A program made the position numbers and the translations under genes. From NCBI GenBank assembly GCA_040514355.1, contig JBEVCF010000042.1, forward strand, positions 5,200 through 69,199: a stretch of DNA of 64,000 bases, read 5' to 3'. Shown in pieces: positions 42,097 through 51,332 of the stretch (position 1 is the stretch's first letter; the number at the start of each line of letters is the position of its first letter). This DNA is from Glaciecola sp. (GTDB lineage: Bacteria; Pseudomonadota; Gammaproteobacteria; Enterobacterales; Alteromonadaceae). The notes below the pieces were generated by a model that was not told the DNA's origin, made no database searches, and saw only the letters and a list, made by a program, of their open reading frames with translations.

Positions 42097-42515
42097 TTCA
42101 AATCCTTAACGTGTAGGGTTAGTGCTCGCAGGTCACTACATAAATACTTTTAACGTATTGAATAATACACCGAAAATTTAGCTTTCGATAGCACGCAAAA
42201 AAGTTTCCACAGCTTTATCAGTTGCGAAACAAGTGATTTGGAATGTTGTGTAAACAAACCTAATAGTTTGTTTGAATGGGTCACTGATGTAAGGAGCGTG
42301 TGTTAAAACACAATACGTTGGAAGTTTTAACACCTGCTCTTACAGTTACATATTAGCTTAGGCGCGAAACAAAAAGCAACAGATTGTTTACTCCCAGTGG
42401 ATTAAATGCCTCGCTTTAGATCGCAACCAATACAAACCAAAGTAGGGTTTTGGATAAAACTGACCTTGATTATCTCGTGCATTCTCTACACTTTTCATAA
42501 CGTGGAGAAAACTAT

Positions 42516-44033
42516 ATGTCACTTGCCATTATCTATTCGCGCGCTTGCATCGGTATGCATGCCCCATTAATTACCATTGAGGTTCATATCAGTAACGGTT
42601 TACCCTGTTTTCAACTGGTCGGTTTGCCACAACGCAGTGTGTCAGAAGCCAAAGAACGGGTGCGTTCAGCTATGATTAACGCCGGTTTTGAATTTCCAGC
42701 TAAGCGGATCACGGTGAATTTATCTCCTGCCGATATTCCCAAAACGGGGGCGAGATTTGATTTACCCATCGCATTGGGGTTATTGGTGGCAAGTGGTCAA
42801 ATAGCACAAGAAGCCATATTGCCGTTTGAGTGCGTAGGTGAATTAGCACTTTCAGGAGAATTGCGAGCAGTGGCCGGTGTCATGAGTGCAGCCGTTGCTG
42901 CGGGTGATGCGAACAAAACGTTATTAACCGCCCGCGCTAATCAAGCAGAACTAGCTTTGTTAGCACCGGTAAATGCCAGAGTAGGTCAGTCTCTACTTGA
43001 GATCGTTCAACATGTTACACGCGCCCTTATCCTGCCACGGATTCAAGCTCCCAAAATAAAGGCCCTACCGCAATCTGATACATTGGATATGGCCGATGTG
43101 ATGGGTCAAGACATGGCGATTCGCGCCCTCACCATCGCTGCCGCAGGCGGGCACAATGTGCTGTTGTTTGGCCCGCCCGGCACGGGTAAAACAATGTTGG
43201 CTAAACGCTTCAATGGATTATTACCTAGCTTAAATAAAACCGCTACGATCGAACACGCGATGGTGCTCTCCGTGGCTGGCAAAGATATTGCTGAAGATTG
43301 GGGGCAGCGCCCTTTTCGTCAGCCGCACCACGGTGCGAGTAGCGCAGCGATGATCGGTGGCGGACGCAATGCGATGCCAGGAGAAGTATCGCTGGCGCAT
43401 TGTGGCACATTGTTTTTGGACGAATTACCGGAGTTTAATCGCACTTGTTTAGACGCATTGCGTGAACCTTTAGAAAGTGGCGACGTGCATCTTGCACGCG
43501 CTGATTACAGCGTCACATACCCCGCACGGTTTCAGCTTATCGCAGCGATGAACCCCTCACCAACCGGTTCAATTGAAAACAATCGCAGTACATTTGACCA
43601 AACCATGCGTTATTTGCATAAAGTATCGGGGCCACTTTTAGAGCGCATCGATATTCAAGTCGAAGTGAAAAAATGTACATTGACTGGCTCTGCTGCAGAC
43701 AACCCTGCGCATACCACCGAATATTTGCGTCAGTTAGTTCAACACGCGCAAAACCGGCAATTAGAACGTCAAGGTTGTCTCAATGATCGGTTGTCAGCTC
43801 GCGGCATGCGTGCACACGCGACATTATCACCTAATGAGCAAGCGTTTATCGCCAAAGCGGTCGAAACGCTCGGTCTATCCTTACGCGTGAGTCAACGCCT
43901 GATTAAAATAGCGCGCACTATCGCAGATTTAGACCCAACGCATCCCTCAATGATCACTCAAGGACATCTTGCAGAGGCTCTCCAATACCGGGCATTCGAT
44001 AGGTTTTTAGTACACTACGCCCACAATGGATAA
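42516..44033 (+). CDS. comM: YifB/ComM Mg-chelatase-like AAA+ ATPase
   Basis: EAKERVRSA, GPPGTGKTML, PGEVSLAH.G.LFLDE, AAMNP. Confidence 0.92.
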   Translation: MSLAIIYSRACIGMHAPLITIEVHISNGLPCFQLVGLPQRSVSEAKERVRSAMINAGFEFPAKRITVNLSPADIPKTGARFDLPIALGLLVASGQIAQEAILPFECVGELALSGELRAVAGVMSAAVAAGDANKTLLTARANQAELALLAPVNARVGQSLLEIVQHVTRALILPRIQAPKIKALPQSDTLDMADVMGQDMAIRALTIAAAGGHNVLLFGPPGTGKTMLAKRFNGLLPSLNKTATIEHAMVLSVAGKDIAEDWGQRPFRQPHHGASSAAMIGGGRNAMPGEVSLAHCGTLFLDELPEFNRTCLDALREPLESGDVHLARADYSVTYPARFQLIAAMNPSPTGSIENNRSTFDQTMRYLHKVSGPLLERIDIQVEVKKCTLTGSAADNPAHTTEYLRQLVQHAQNRQLERQGCLNDRLSARGMRAHATLSPNEQAFIAKAVETLGLSLRVSQRLIKIARTIADLDPTHPSMITQGHLAEALQYRAFDRFLVHYAHNG

Positions 44034-44080
44034 GGGTAGACTTGCGCGTATGCCACCCAGATATGGCATGCTTTGTTTTG

Positions 44081-44938
44081 CTACGCTAAAGCCAATAAAG
44101 CTTTGATTTTTGGCTCTTCTGCTCGTGCTCGGATACAGGCCAACCCCAATATATAAGGCTCGATATCAGACACTTGGATCATGCGAACTTGGTCTTTTAA
44201 CGTGGAATGGTCGACGACGATTTGCGGGACAAATCCAATCCCAACACCCAGTGCTACCATACTCACAATAGCCTCATTCCCCCCGACATGCGCATAAATC
44301 TGAGGACGGATGTTGTGTTCTGCTAACCAGTGATGCACGATCCGTTTAGAGGGGCCAGAGTCAGGTAAAATCATCTGATGGGTATGCCATTTTACATCCC
44401 GCATTTGCCTGATACGAAACGCTCTTGGTGCAATTAACACTAATGGCACCTCCCCTAATGAGACAAAACTGAGCTCTTCTGGAAAAGCAGGTGTGTAGAT
44501 CGAAATCGCAACATCACTGTGTTTCTTTAGCAAGCGTTGTTCAGCCAACGCCGGATCTCCTGTCACTAACTGCATATCCACATTAGGATGCAAGCGCTTG
44601 TATTGATTTAACAAATTGGGCAGGTGAGACTGTGATGCTGTCACCGAACAATACATACTCAACGCACCGGTCAATTCATGCTGCTGCGCCTGTAATTGTA
44701 CTTGGGTTTGTTGCCATGCGGCCAAAGTCTGATGAGCGAAGGCCAAGAAGACTTGCCCAGCATGGGTTAAATTGACGGCGCGGTTGTTGCGTTCAAACAA
44801 CTGAATTTGCGTATCATCTTCTAAGCGTTGAATTGCCCTACTCAAGGTAGAAGGCGTGACATACATCGCCTCAGCCGTTTTACCAAAATGTAACGTCTGT
44901 GCTAAGTGCACAAATAATTCTAAACTTCGCAAATCCAT
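44081..44938 (-). CDS. ilvY: LysR-type activator IlvY
   Basis: MDLRSLELFVHLA..LHFG.TA, CSVTA; divergent from ilvC. Confidence 0.94.
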   Translation of the reverse strand: MDLRSLELFVHLAQTLHFGKTAEAMYVTPSTLSRAIQRLEDDTQIQLFERNNRAVNLTHAGQVFLAFAHQTLAAWQQTQVQLQAQQHELTGALSMYCSVTASQSHLPNLLNQYKRLHPNVDMQLVTGDPALAEQRLLKKHSDVAISIYTPAFPEELSFVSLGEVPLVLIAPRAFRIRQMRDVKWHTHQMILPDSGPSKRIVHHWLAEHNIRPQIYAHVGGNEAIVSMVALGVGIGFVPQIVVDHSTLKDQVRMIQVSDIEPYILGLACIRARAEEPKIKALLALA

Positions 44939-44960
44939 AATGAGACCTCATGAAACCCTA

Positions 44961-44999
44961 TATTGCAAAAAATGCAATAACACATTGCGAATATATCAT
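44961..44999. promoter_or_regulatory. IlvY operators O1 and O2
   Basis: Palindrome TATTGCA-N5-TGCAATA (44961-79) and TTGCGAATATATCAT (44985-99), resembling the E. coli ilvYC operators. Confidence 0.8.
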
Positions 45000-45116
45000 T
45001 TTTCAAAATAAAACGCATCCGATATAGTGCACGGCAATCGTCACTGATTAAATTTGGAATGTGGCTGACATTCGTTGTCAGTTTTATAGACAATATAAAA
45101 TTTACTGGAACCTTAC

Positions 45117-46592
45117 ATGGCAAATTATTTTAATACACTTCCTCTACGCGTACAGTTAGACCAACTGGGTAAATGTCGTTTTATGGACCGTTCAGAATTC
45201 GCAGATGGCTGTGATGTACTTAAGGGTAAGAAAATTGTCATTGTAGGTTGTGGTGCACAAGGTTTGAACCAAGGTTTAAACATGCGCGACTCTGGCTTAG
45301 ATGTAGCTTATGCATTACGTCAAGCGGCAATTGATGAAAAGCGTGATTCTTACGTGCGTGCAACTGAAAACGGTTTTACTGTTGGCACCTACCAAGAACT
45401 TATCCCAACTGCGGATTTAGTGTATAACCTCACACCGGATAAGCAGCACGCGTCAGTTGTTGAAGCGGTTATGCCATTGATGCAACAAGGTGCGACCTTA
45501 GGTTATTCACACGGTTTTAATATTGTTGAAGAAGGCCAGCAAATTCGTTCTGACATCACGGTTGTGATGTGTGCACCAAAGTGCCCAGGCACAGAAGTAC
45601 GTGAAGAATACAAGCGTGGTTTTGGTGTACCGACACTTATCGCTGTTCACCCTGAAAATGACCCAGAACAAAAAGGCTGGCCAATCGCCAAAGCGTTAGC
45701 GTCTGCAACAGGTGGTGATCGCGCCGGTGTTCTAGAGTCTTCATTCATCGCAGAAGTAAAATCTGACCTTATGGGTGAGCAAACGATTCTATGTGGTATG
45801 CAACAAGCTGTTGCGGTACTCGGTTATGAAAAAATGGTCGCTGACGGCGTAGAGCCTGGTTATGCGGCGGCATTATTGCAGTATGGCCTTGAAGCCATCA
45901 CTGAAGCATTGAAGATCGGCGGTGTCACTAACATGATGGACCGTTTATCTAACCCGGCTAAAATCAAAGCATATGATCTTTCTGTAGAATTGAAAGAGTT
46001 ACTACGTCCATTATTTGAAAAGCATCAAGATGACATCATCTCTGGCGAATTTTCTCGCACCATGATGGCAGATTGGGCAAACGGCGATGCAAGCTTATTG
46101 AAATGGCGCGAAGAAACAGGCCAAACTGCCTTTGAAAACGCGCCGACTTATGACGGTAAGATTGATGACCAAGAATTTTTCGACAAAGGTATCTTTGTTG
46201 TTGCATGTATCAAAGCGGGTGTTGAATTAGCATTTGACGTCATGGTTGAAGCCGGCATTTTACCAGAATCAGCTTACTACGAGTCACTACACGAAACACC
46301 ACTCATTTCGAACACCATCGCGCGTAAGCGTCTGTATGAAATGAACGTTGTTATCTCTGATACTGCAGAATACGGTAACTATCTATTTGCTAACGCAGCT
46401 ATCCCGCTTCTTGCTGAAAAAGTCATGCCGACTTTATCTTCTGAGTTGCTAGGTGCTGGCCTTAGCTCAACCTCAAACGCTGTTGATAACATGCGCCTTG
46501 TTGAAGTCAACAAAGCTATCCGCGAGCACGGCGTTGAGTGGATTGGTGAAGAGCTTCGTGGTTACATGAGTGACATGAAAGCCATCATCTAG
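45117..46592 (+). CDS. ilvC: Ketol-acid reductoisomerase (long form)
   Basis: [34 protein letters not shown]. Confidence 0.97.
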   Translation: MANYFNTLPLRVQLDQLGKCRFMDRSEFADGCDVLKGKKIVIVGCGAQGLNQGLNMRDSGLDVAYALRQAAIDEKRDSYVRATENGFTVGTYQELIPTADLVYNLTPDKQHASVVEAVMPLMQQGATLGYSHGFNIVEEGQQIRSDITVVMCAPKCPGTEVREEYKRGFGVPTLIAVHPENDPEQKGWPIAKALASATGGDRAGVLESSFIAEVKSDLMGEQTILCGMQQAVAVLGYEKMVADGVEPGYAAALLQYGLEAITEALKIGGVTNMMDRLSNPAKIKAYDLSVELKELLRPLFEKHQDDIISGEFSRTMMADWANGDASLLKWREETGQTAFENAPTYDGKIDDQEFFDKGIFVVACIKAGVELAFDVMVEAGILPESAYYESLHETPLISNTIARKRLYEMNVVISDTAEYGNYLFANAAIPLLAEKVMPTLSSELLGAGLSSTSNAVDNMRLVEVNKAIREHGVEWIGEELRGYMSDMKAII

Positions 46593-46637
46593 AATGTAAC
46601 AGTTCTGTCGTTAGGTGCTTTTTATAAAGCCCTTTTG

Positions 46638-46661
46638 CCCGGCCTTTTGGCCGGGTTTTTT
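46638..46661 (+). terminator. Rho-independent terminator of ilvC
   Basis: CCCGGCC-TTTT-GGCCGGG-TTTTTT. Confidence 0.88.
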
Positions 46662-46665
46662 CATT

Positions 46666-47898
46666 TTATCCTTTAGTAGTTTTTATAAGCGCTAAACGAA
46701 ATAGACCGAAGCTGGCCATTGCAGTAACCCAAAATCCTACTGCAATAGGCATGAGTGATGCATCTAAAAAACTGTCAATAAACACGGCTAAAGGAACGGC
46801 TACCACACTGCTCAACGAGCCAATAAACGCCGCGCCAACACCGGCAACATGGCCTAAAGGCAACATCGCCACCGCATTCATATTGCCAAATAAAATCCCG
46901 ACAAAGAAAAAGTCGACAAATAACAACGCGATCCATAACCCTAATACGGGCAAACCTTCACTCATAAACACCACGCCAATCAAGACGCAACTGATCACAA
47001 TGTGCCCAATTAACGCGATATGGCAAAGTTTAAACATTCCCAAGCGTTCAACGAGTTGTGAATTTAACAATGAAGCACAACCAATCGAAAATGCGAGCGT
47101 GGCAAATATATAAGGGAACCAGTCGCCGGTATCATACATTTCTTGAAAAATGGTTTGAGAAGCACTCAGGTAAGCTAAAAACCCGCCAAAAATACAACCC
47201 ATTGCGATGATATGCGGCATAACTTGTCGATGCGTCAAAATAAACAATGCAGACTCACCAAAACTCGACCAAGAGAACGGTCGTCGCACCGAACGATGCA
47301 ACGTTTCGGGTTGACGTGAGAAAAACCACAGAGCCGCCACACCTGACATCACTAGAAAGAAGACAAAAATTGACCACCACGACCACACTTGCATGATCCA
47401 CTGCCCAATAATCGGTGCAGCCATGGGTACCAAAATAAAGACAATCATAATAAAACTCATGATTTTGGCCATGGCGTCACCTACGTAGATGTCGCGGATC
47501 ATCGCCAAAGCAGCAATGCGAGGCCCAGATAAACCAATTGCTTGGATAAACCGACCAATTAGCATGATGTGCATATCTTTGGCCGACATGCACACTAGCG
47601 TACCCACCCAAAAAATCATCAAGCCAATGATAATCGCAGCCCGACGCCCACGCGCATCTGCCAACGGGCCAAACAACATTTGGCCAAAGGCCATACCAAT
47701 AAAAAACAAAGAAACGACGAGGTGATTTTGCTGTGGACCAGTGCTGTTCAGGTCATTGCCCATTTGATTTAATGCAGGCAGCATGGCATCAATTGTCAAA
47801 GCGACAAGGGAGGTCAACATTGCCATCAAGGCAACGAACTCCCACTGAGACAACGTTGCTTTGGCGTGGGTCGACGTATCGTTATGTAATTCGGTCAT
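46666..47898 (-). CDS. Bcr/CflA-family MFS drug efflux transporter
   Basis: ALTIDAMLPAL, GPLADARGRR, IRDIY.G..MA, PIIG; about 12 TM segments. Confidence 0.9.
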   Translation of the reverse strand: MTELHNDTSTHAKATLSQWEFVALMAMLTSLVALTIDAMLPALNQMGNDLNSTGPQQNHLVVSLFFIGMAFGQMLFGPLADARGRRAAIIIGLMIFWVGTLVCMSAKDMHIMLIGRFIQAIGLSGPRIAALAMIRDIYVGDAMAKIMSFIMIVFILVPMAAPIIGQWIMQVWSWWSIFVFFLVMSGVAALWFFSRQPETLHRSVRRPFSWSSFGESALFILTHRQVMPHIIAMGCIFGGFLAYLSASQTIFQEMYDTGDWFPYIFATLAFSIGCASLLNSQLVERLGMFKLCHIALIGHIVISCVLIGVVFMSEGLPVLGLWIALLFVDFFFVGILFGNMNAVAMLPLGHVAGVGAAFIGSLSSVVAVPLAVFIDSFLDASLMPIAVGFWVTAMASFGLFRLALIKTTKG

Positions 47899-48790
47899 GG
47901 GCGGGTGTGTTGTGTAAAAGGGGTATTTTACCCATTGCGCACGCATTGCCAAGTAATACCAATACTACACCAATACCTGCCAGTAGACTCCATTGATAGT
48001 TTTCAAAGAATGTTGAAAGTACCAAAGCGACTAAAGGATAGAGCAGTACAACATAGGCTGCTTTGTCAGAACCAATATTTTGAATCAACGTCATGTAGCA
48101 GCCAAACGCTATGACACTACCAAATAACGCTAGATATACTAGAGCTATATAAAAAGATGGCGAGGTCGGCCAAATGATAGGTTGGCCCAGAACTAACATC
48201 CCACCTAGTACCAATCCTGAACCATACAACATGGTATAAAAATTCATTTGCACCACTGGCACATCAGCAAGCGTATTTTCTGATACGACATTGCCGACAG
48301 CCGCTGATAAAAACGAACACGTAGCGAGTAATACCCCCATACTCAGTGCGGCCGTCATAGAGACTTTTTGTAATTCAGGCAAGAAAATACAGGCTATCCC
48401 AATCAGCCCCAACGTCGCACCCACCACGACTTCAACATTCACGGGTTTGCCCAAAAACACGCGGCGCAGGACGACGTTAAAATAAATCACGCTAGAGCTC
48501 ATCAACGCGAGTAAGGCACTGACAATATGGTGCTGCGCGGCATACAAAAACCCGTAATCAAGGGCGTAAAAGAATACCCCAACCAACAAAAATTGACCGT
48601 GTTGACGACGGGTGAAGCACATATTTTTGCGCGTAAAGAAACAAAATAGACCTAAGATAATTGCCGCTAGTAAAAAACGTATACCAACGGCATAGGTAGG
48701 AGCTAATGCATGCCCGATCTGAAAGTTAATGGCCAGCCATGTCGAACCCCAAATCAACGTGCAAACTAAAAAGTAAAATGCATTTGGCAT
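47882..48790 (-). CDS. DMT/EamA-family transporter
   Basis: LIWGSTWLAI, RFLLA, YLALFGSVIAF; about 10 TM segments. Confidence 0.9.
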   Translation of the reverse strand: MPNAFYFLVCTLIWGSTWLAINFQIGHALAPTYAVGIRFLLAAIILGLFCFFTRKNMCFTRRQHGQFLLVGVFFYALDYGFLYAAQHHIVSALLALMSSSVIYFNVVLRRVFLGKPVNVEVVVGATLGLIGIACIFLPELQKVSMTAALSMGVLLATCSFLSAAVGNVVSENTLADVPVVQMNFYTMLYGSGLVLGGMLVLGQPIIWPTSPSFYIALVYLALFGSVIAFGCYMTLIQNIGSDKAAYVVLLYPLVALVLSTFFENYQWSLLAGIGVVLVLLGNACAMGKIPLLHNTPAHDRIT

Positions 48791-50052
48791 TAGGTACGGA
48801 TATGGCCTTGACCTGTCACAACAAACTTTTCAGTAGTCAGGGACGCTGCTCCCATCGGACCGTAAGCATGTAATTTTGACGTCGAGATCCCAATTTCTGC
48901 GCCTAAGCCCAACTCTCCCCCATCAGAAAAACGCGAAGACGCATTGACCATGACCACGGCTGAATGTACTGCTTGTAAGAACTGAGACTGACGTTCAGCG
49001 TTTTCTGATACGATAACTTCAGTATGTCCTGAATTATACTGCTGGATATGTGCCACGCCCTCGTCGAAGTCAGGCACCACTCGTACGGCCACTTCCATCG
49101 CCAAATACTCTGCTTCCCAATCCGCTTCACTCGCCAACGATGCAGATAAACCTTGTGCAACGAACACGTCAAGACTTTTTGCACAAGCATGTACTGTGAC
49201 GTTATGCTTGGCAAACATCTTCGCCAAAATAGGTAAAAACGCATCGGCAACCGCGGCATGGATAAGAATGGTTTCAAGTGAATTACACACACTGGTGCGC
49301 TGGGTTTTACCATTTTCCACCAGCGTCAACGCCTTGTCCAAATCGGCAAACTCATCGACATAGCAGTGACACACGCCTTTAAAATGCTGGATCACTGGAA
49401 TTTGACTGGTTTTGGAAACAAACTGGATCAAACCTTCCCCACCACGAGGAATAATCAAATCAATACTGTCACTTAAGGTCAGCATGGTGTTGAGAATATC
49501 TCGGTTGGGATCGGGGATGACGGTCACTGCCGCGGGATTAACACCGTGCTGAGTTAGCGTGTGATGAATACAGGCCGCCAGTGCCAGGTTAGAATGCAGT
49601 GCTTCTTTACCCCCACGTAAAATCACCGCATTGCCTGCTTTGAAGCACAACGCGGCCGCATCAATGGTCACATTGGGACGAGACTCGTAGATCATACCGA
49701 TAACGCCCAGAGGAATTTTCATTTTCTGGACCTGGATCCCAGAGGGCATCGTCTGTGCTTCACTCATGTGACCGACTACCTCTGGCTGAGCAGCAATATC
49801 TTTGACCGCTTGTGCGATCGCTGCAATACGCCCCTCATCCAAGGCTAGACGATCTTGCATCGCGGCATCCATGTTTTGCTCGCGCGCAGCGGCCAAATCT
49901 TTCTCATTAGCCGCAATAATCGCGTCCGTCTGGGTCAACATGTAAGCAGCTAAGTCCTCTAATATTGCACTTTTTTGCGCGCCACTGAGTACAGCAACGT
50001 CTCTGGCGGCAGCTTTCGCAGCTTGTGCCGCGGTGATAATACAAAAACTCAT
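48790..50052 (-). CDS. proA: Gamma-glutamyl phosphate reductase
   Basis: IYESRPNVT, IIPRGGEGLI, SVCNSLE, EIGISTSKLHAYGPMG. Confidence 0.96.
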   Translation of the reverse strand: MSFCIITAAQAAKAAARDVAVLSGAQKSAILEDLAAYMLTQTDAIIAANEKDLAAAREQNMDAAMQDRLALDEGRIAAIAQAVKDIAAQPEVVGHMSEAQTMPSGIQVQKMKIPLGVIGMIYESRPNVTIDAAALCFKAGNAVILRGGKEALHSNLALAACIHHTLTQHGVNPAAVTVIPDPNRDILNTMLTLSDSIDLIIPRGGEGLIQFVSKTSQIPVIQHFKGVCHCYVDEFADLDKALTLVENGKTQRTSVCNSLETILIHAAVADAFLPILAKMFAKHNVTVHACAKSLDVFVAQGLSASLASEADWEAEYLAMEVAVRVVPDFDEGVAHIQQYNSGHTEVIVSENAERQSQFLQAVHSAVVMVNASSRFSDGGELGLGAEIGISTSKLHAYGPMGAASLTTEKFVVTGQGHIRT

Positions 50053-50061
50053 TAGAGCTCC

Positions 50062-51165
50062 TTACAAAATAACTAGATTATCGCGATGCACTAAAACATC
50101 GGCGAGAGTATATCCCAATGTGGCACTGATTTGTTCGCTTTGACAACCTACAATGGCACTCGCCTCATTGTGGTCATATAAAGCAATACCTTTGGCAACA
50201 GCGTGATCATTAAACATGATCGTCACCGCATCTCCGGCTTGAAATTGCCCTTTGACGCGATTAACGCCAATCGGTAGTAATGACGCACCATTTTCTACCA
50301 AAGCTTGCTTGGCACCGTGATCGATATATAACTCGCCTTTACTTTTTAATGTGTGTTTGAGCCATTCCATGCGAGCTTTCACCGAACCTGATTGTGCCTT
50401 GAACAAGGTCCCTGGACAGCGGTTTTGACTCAATGCCGTGAACGTATCACTGTTTTTGCCGTTCACAATGATGGTTTGAATACCCGTTTGTACGCAGCGT
50501 TTCGCCGCCTCTAATTTGGTTTGCATCCCCCCCGTTCCCATTGCACTACCTGCGCCACCAGCCATAGCAAATAAGTGATCGTCAAACTGCTCGACTAAGG
50601 GGATCAATGTGGCTTGGGCATCCGTTCTCGGGTTCGCGGTATACAGACCATCAATATCTGAACAAATGATACAAGTATCGGCTTGCGCAACAATCGCAGT
50701 ATAGGCTGCGAGATTGTCATTATCACCCACCTTTAATTCGTTGATCGCAACAGTATCATTCTCATTGACGATAGGAATAGCATGATGCTTCAGTAACTCA
50801 CGCAATGTGTTTTGAATATTAATATAGCGTTGACGGTCGTGTAGATCATCCATAGTCAGCAAAATTTGGGCACAGGGCTGATCAAAAAAACGCGCCCAAT
50901 TGTGCATCATTTGTGTTTGCCCAATTGCCGCCATCGCTTGTTTTTCAGCTATGGATGGTAGATGCGATATAGGGATACTAGCTCGGCCTGCTGCAACACT
51001 GCCAGAGGACACCACAATAATCTCTTTGCCTTGTTCTAATGCACTTGTGATAAATTTGGCAATAGACAACAAATACTGCGCTGAACAGCCTTTAGTAGGC
51101 CCATGAGGGGCAATCAATGAACTGCCTACTTTGATGACCGCGCGTTGCCATGAAAATGCTTGCAT
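50062..51165 (-). CDS. proB: Glutamate 5-kinase with PUA domain
   Basis: VIKVGSS, VNENDTV, GDNDNLAA, GTGGMQTK. Confidence 0.96.
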   Translation of the reverse strand: MQAFSWQRAVIKVGSSLIAPHGPTKGCSAQYLLSIAKFITSALEQGKEIIVVSSGSVAAGRASIPISHLPSIAEKQAMAAIGQTQMMHNWARFFDQPCAQILLTMDDLHDRQRYINIQNTLRELLKHHAIPIVNENDTVAINELKVGDNDNLAAYTAIVAQADTCIICSDIDGLYTANPRTDAQATLIPLVEQFDDHLFAMAGGAGSAMGTGGMQTKLEAAKRCVQTGIQTIIVNGKNSDTFTALSQNRCPGTLFKAQSGSVKARMEWLKHTLKSKGELYIDHGAKQALVENGASLLPIGVNRVKGQFQAGDAVTIMFNDHAVAKGIALYDHNEASAIVGCQSEQISATLGYTLADVLVHRDNLVIL

Positions 51166-51332
51166 ATACGGGAAATATTCAGTTAAAACAATAGGTGCAA
51201 GAATACTGTATTTTGGGCAATAAACAACCTAGACCACAGTGATATCCCTATGATTTATGTGTTTTTTTTCTATTTATTTTGTTTTGCGGTACAATGCGCC
51301 CCATAAATCATAATAAAACGATAGGAAACCAC

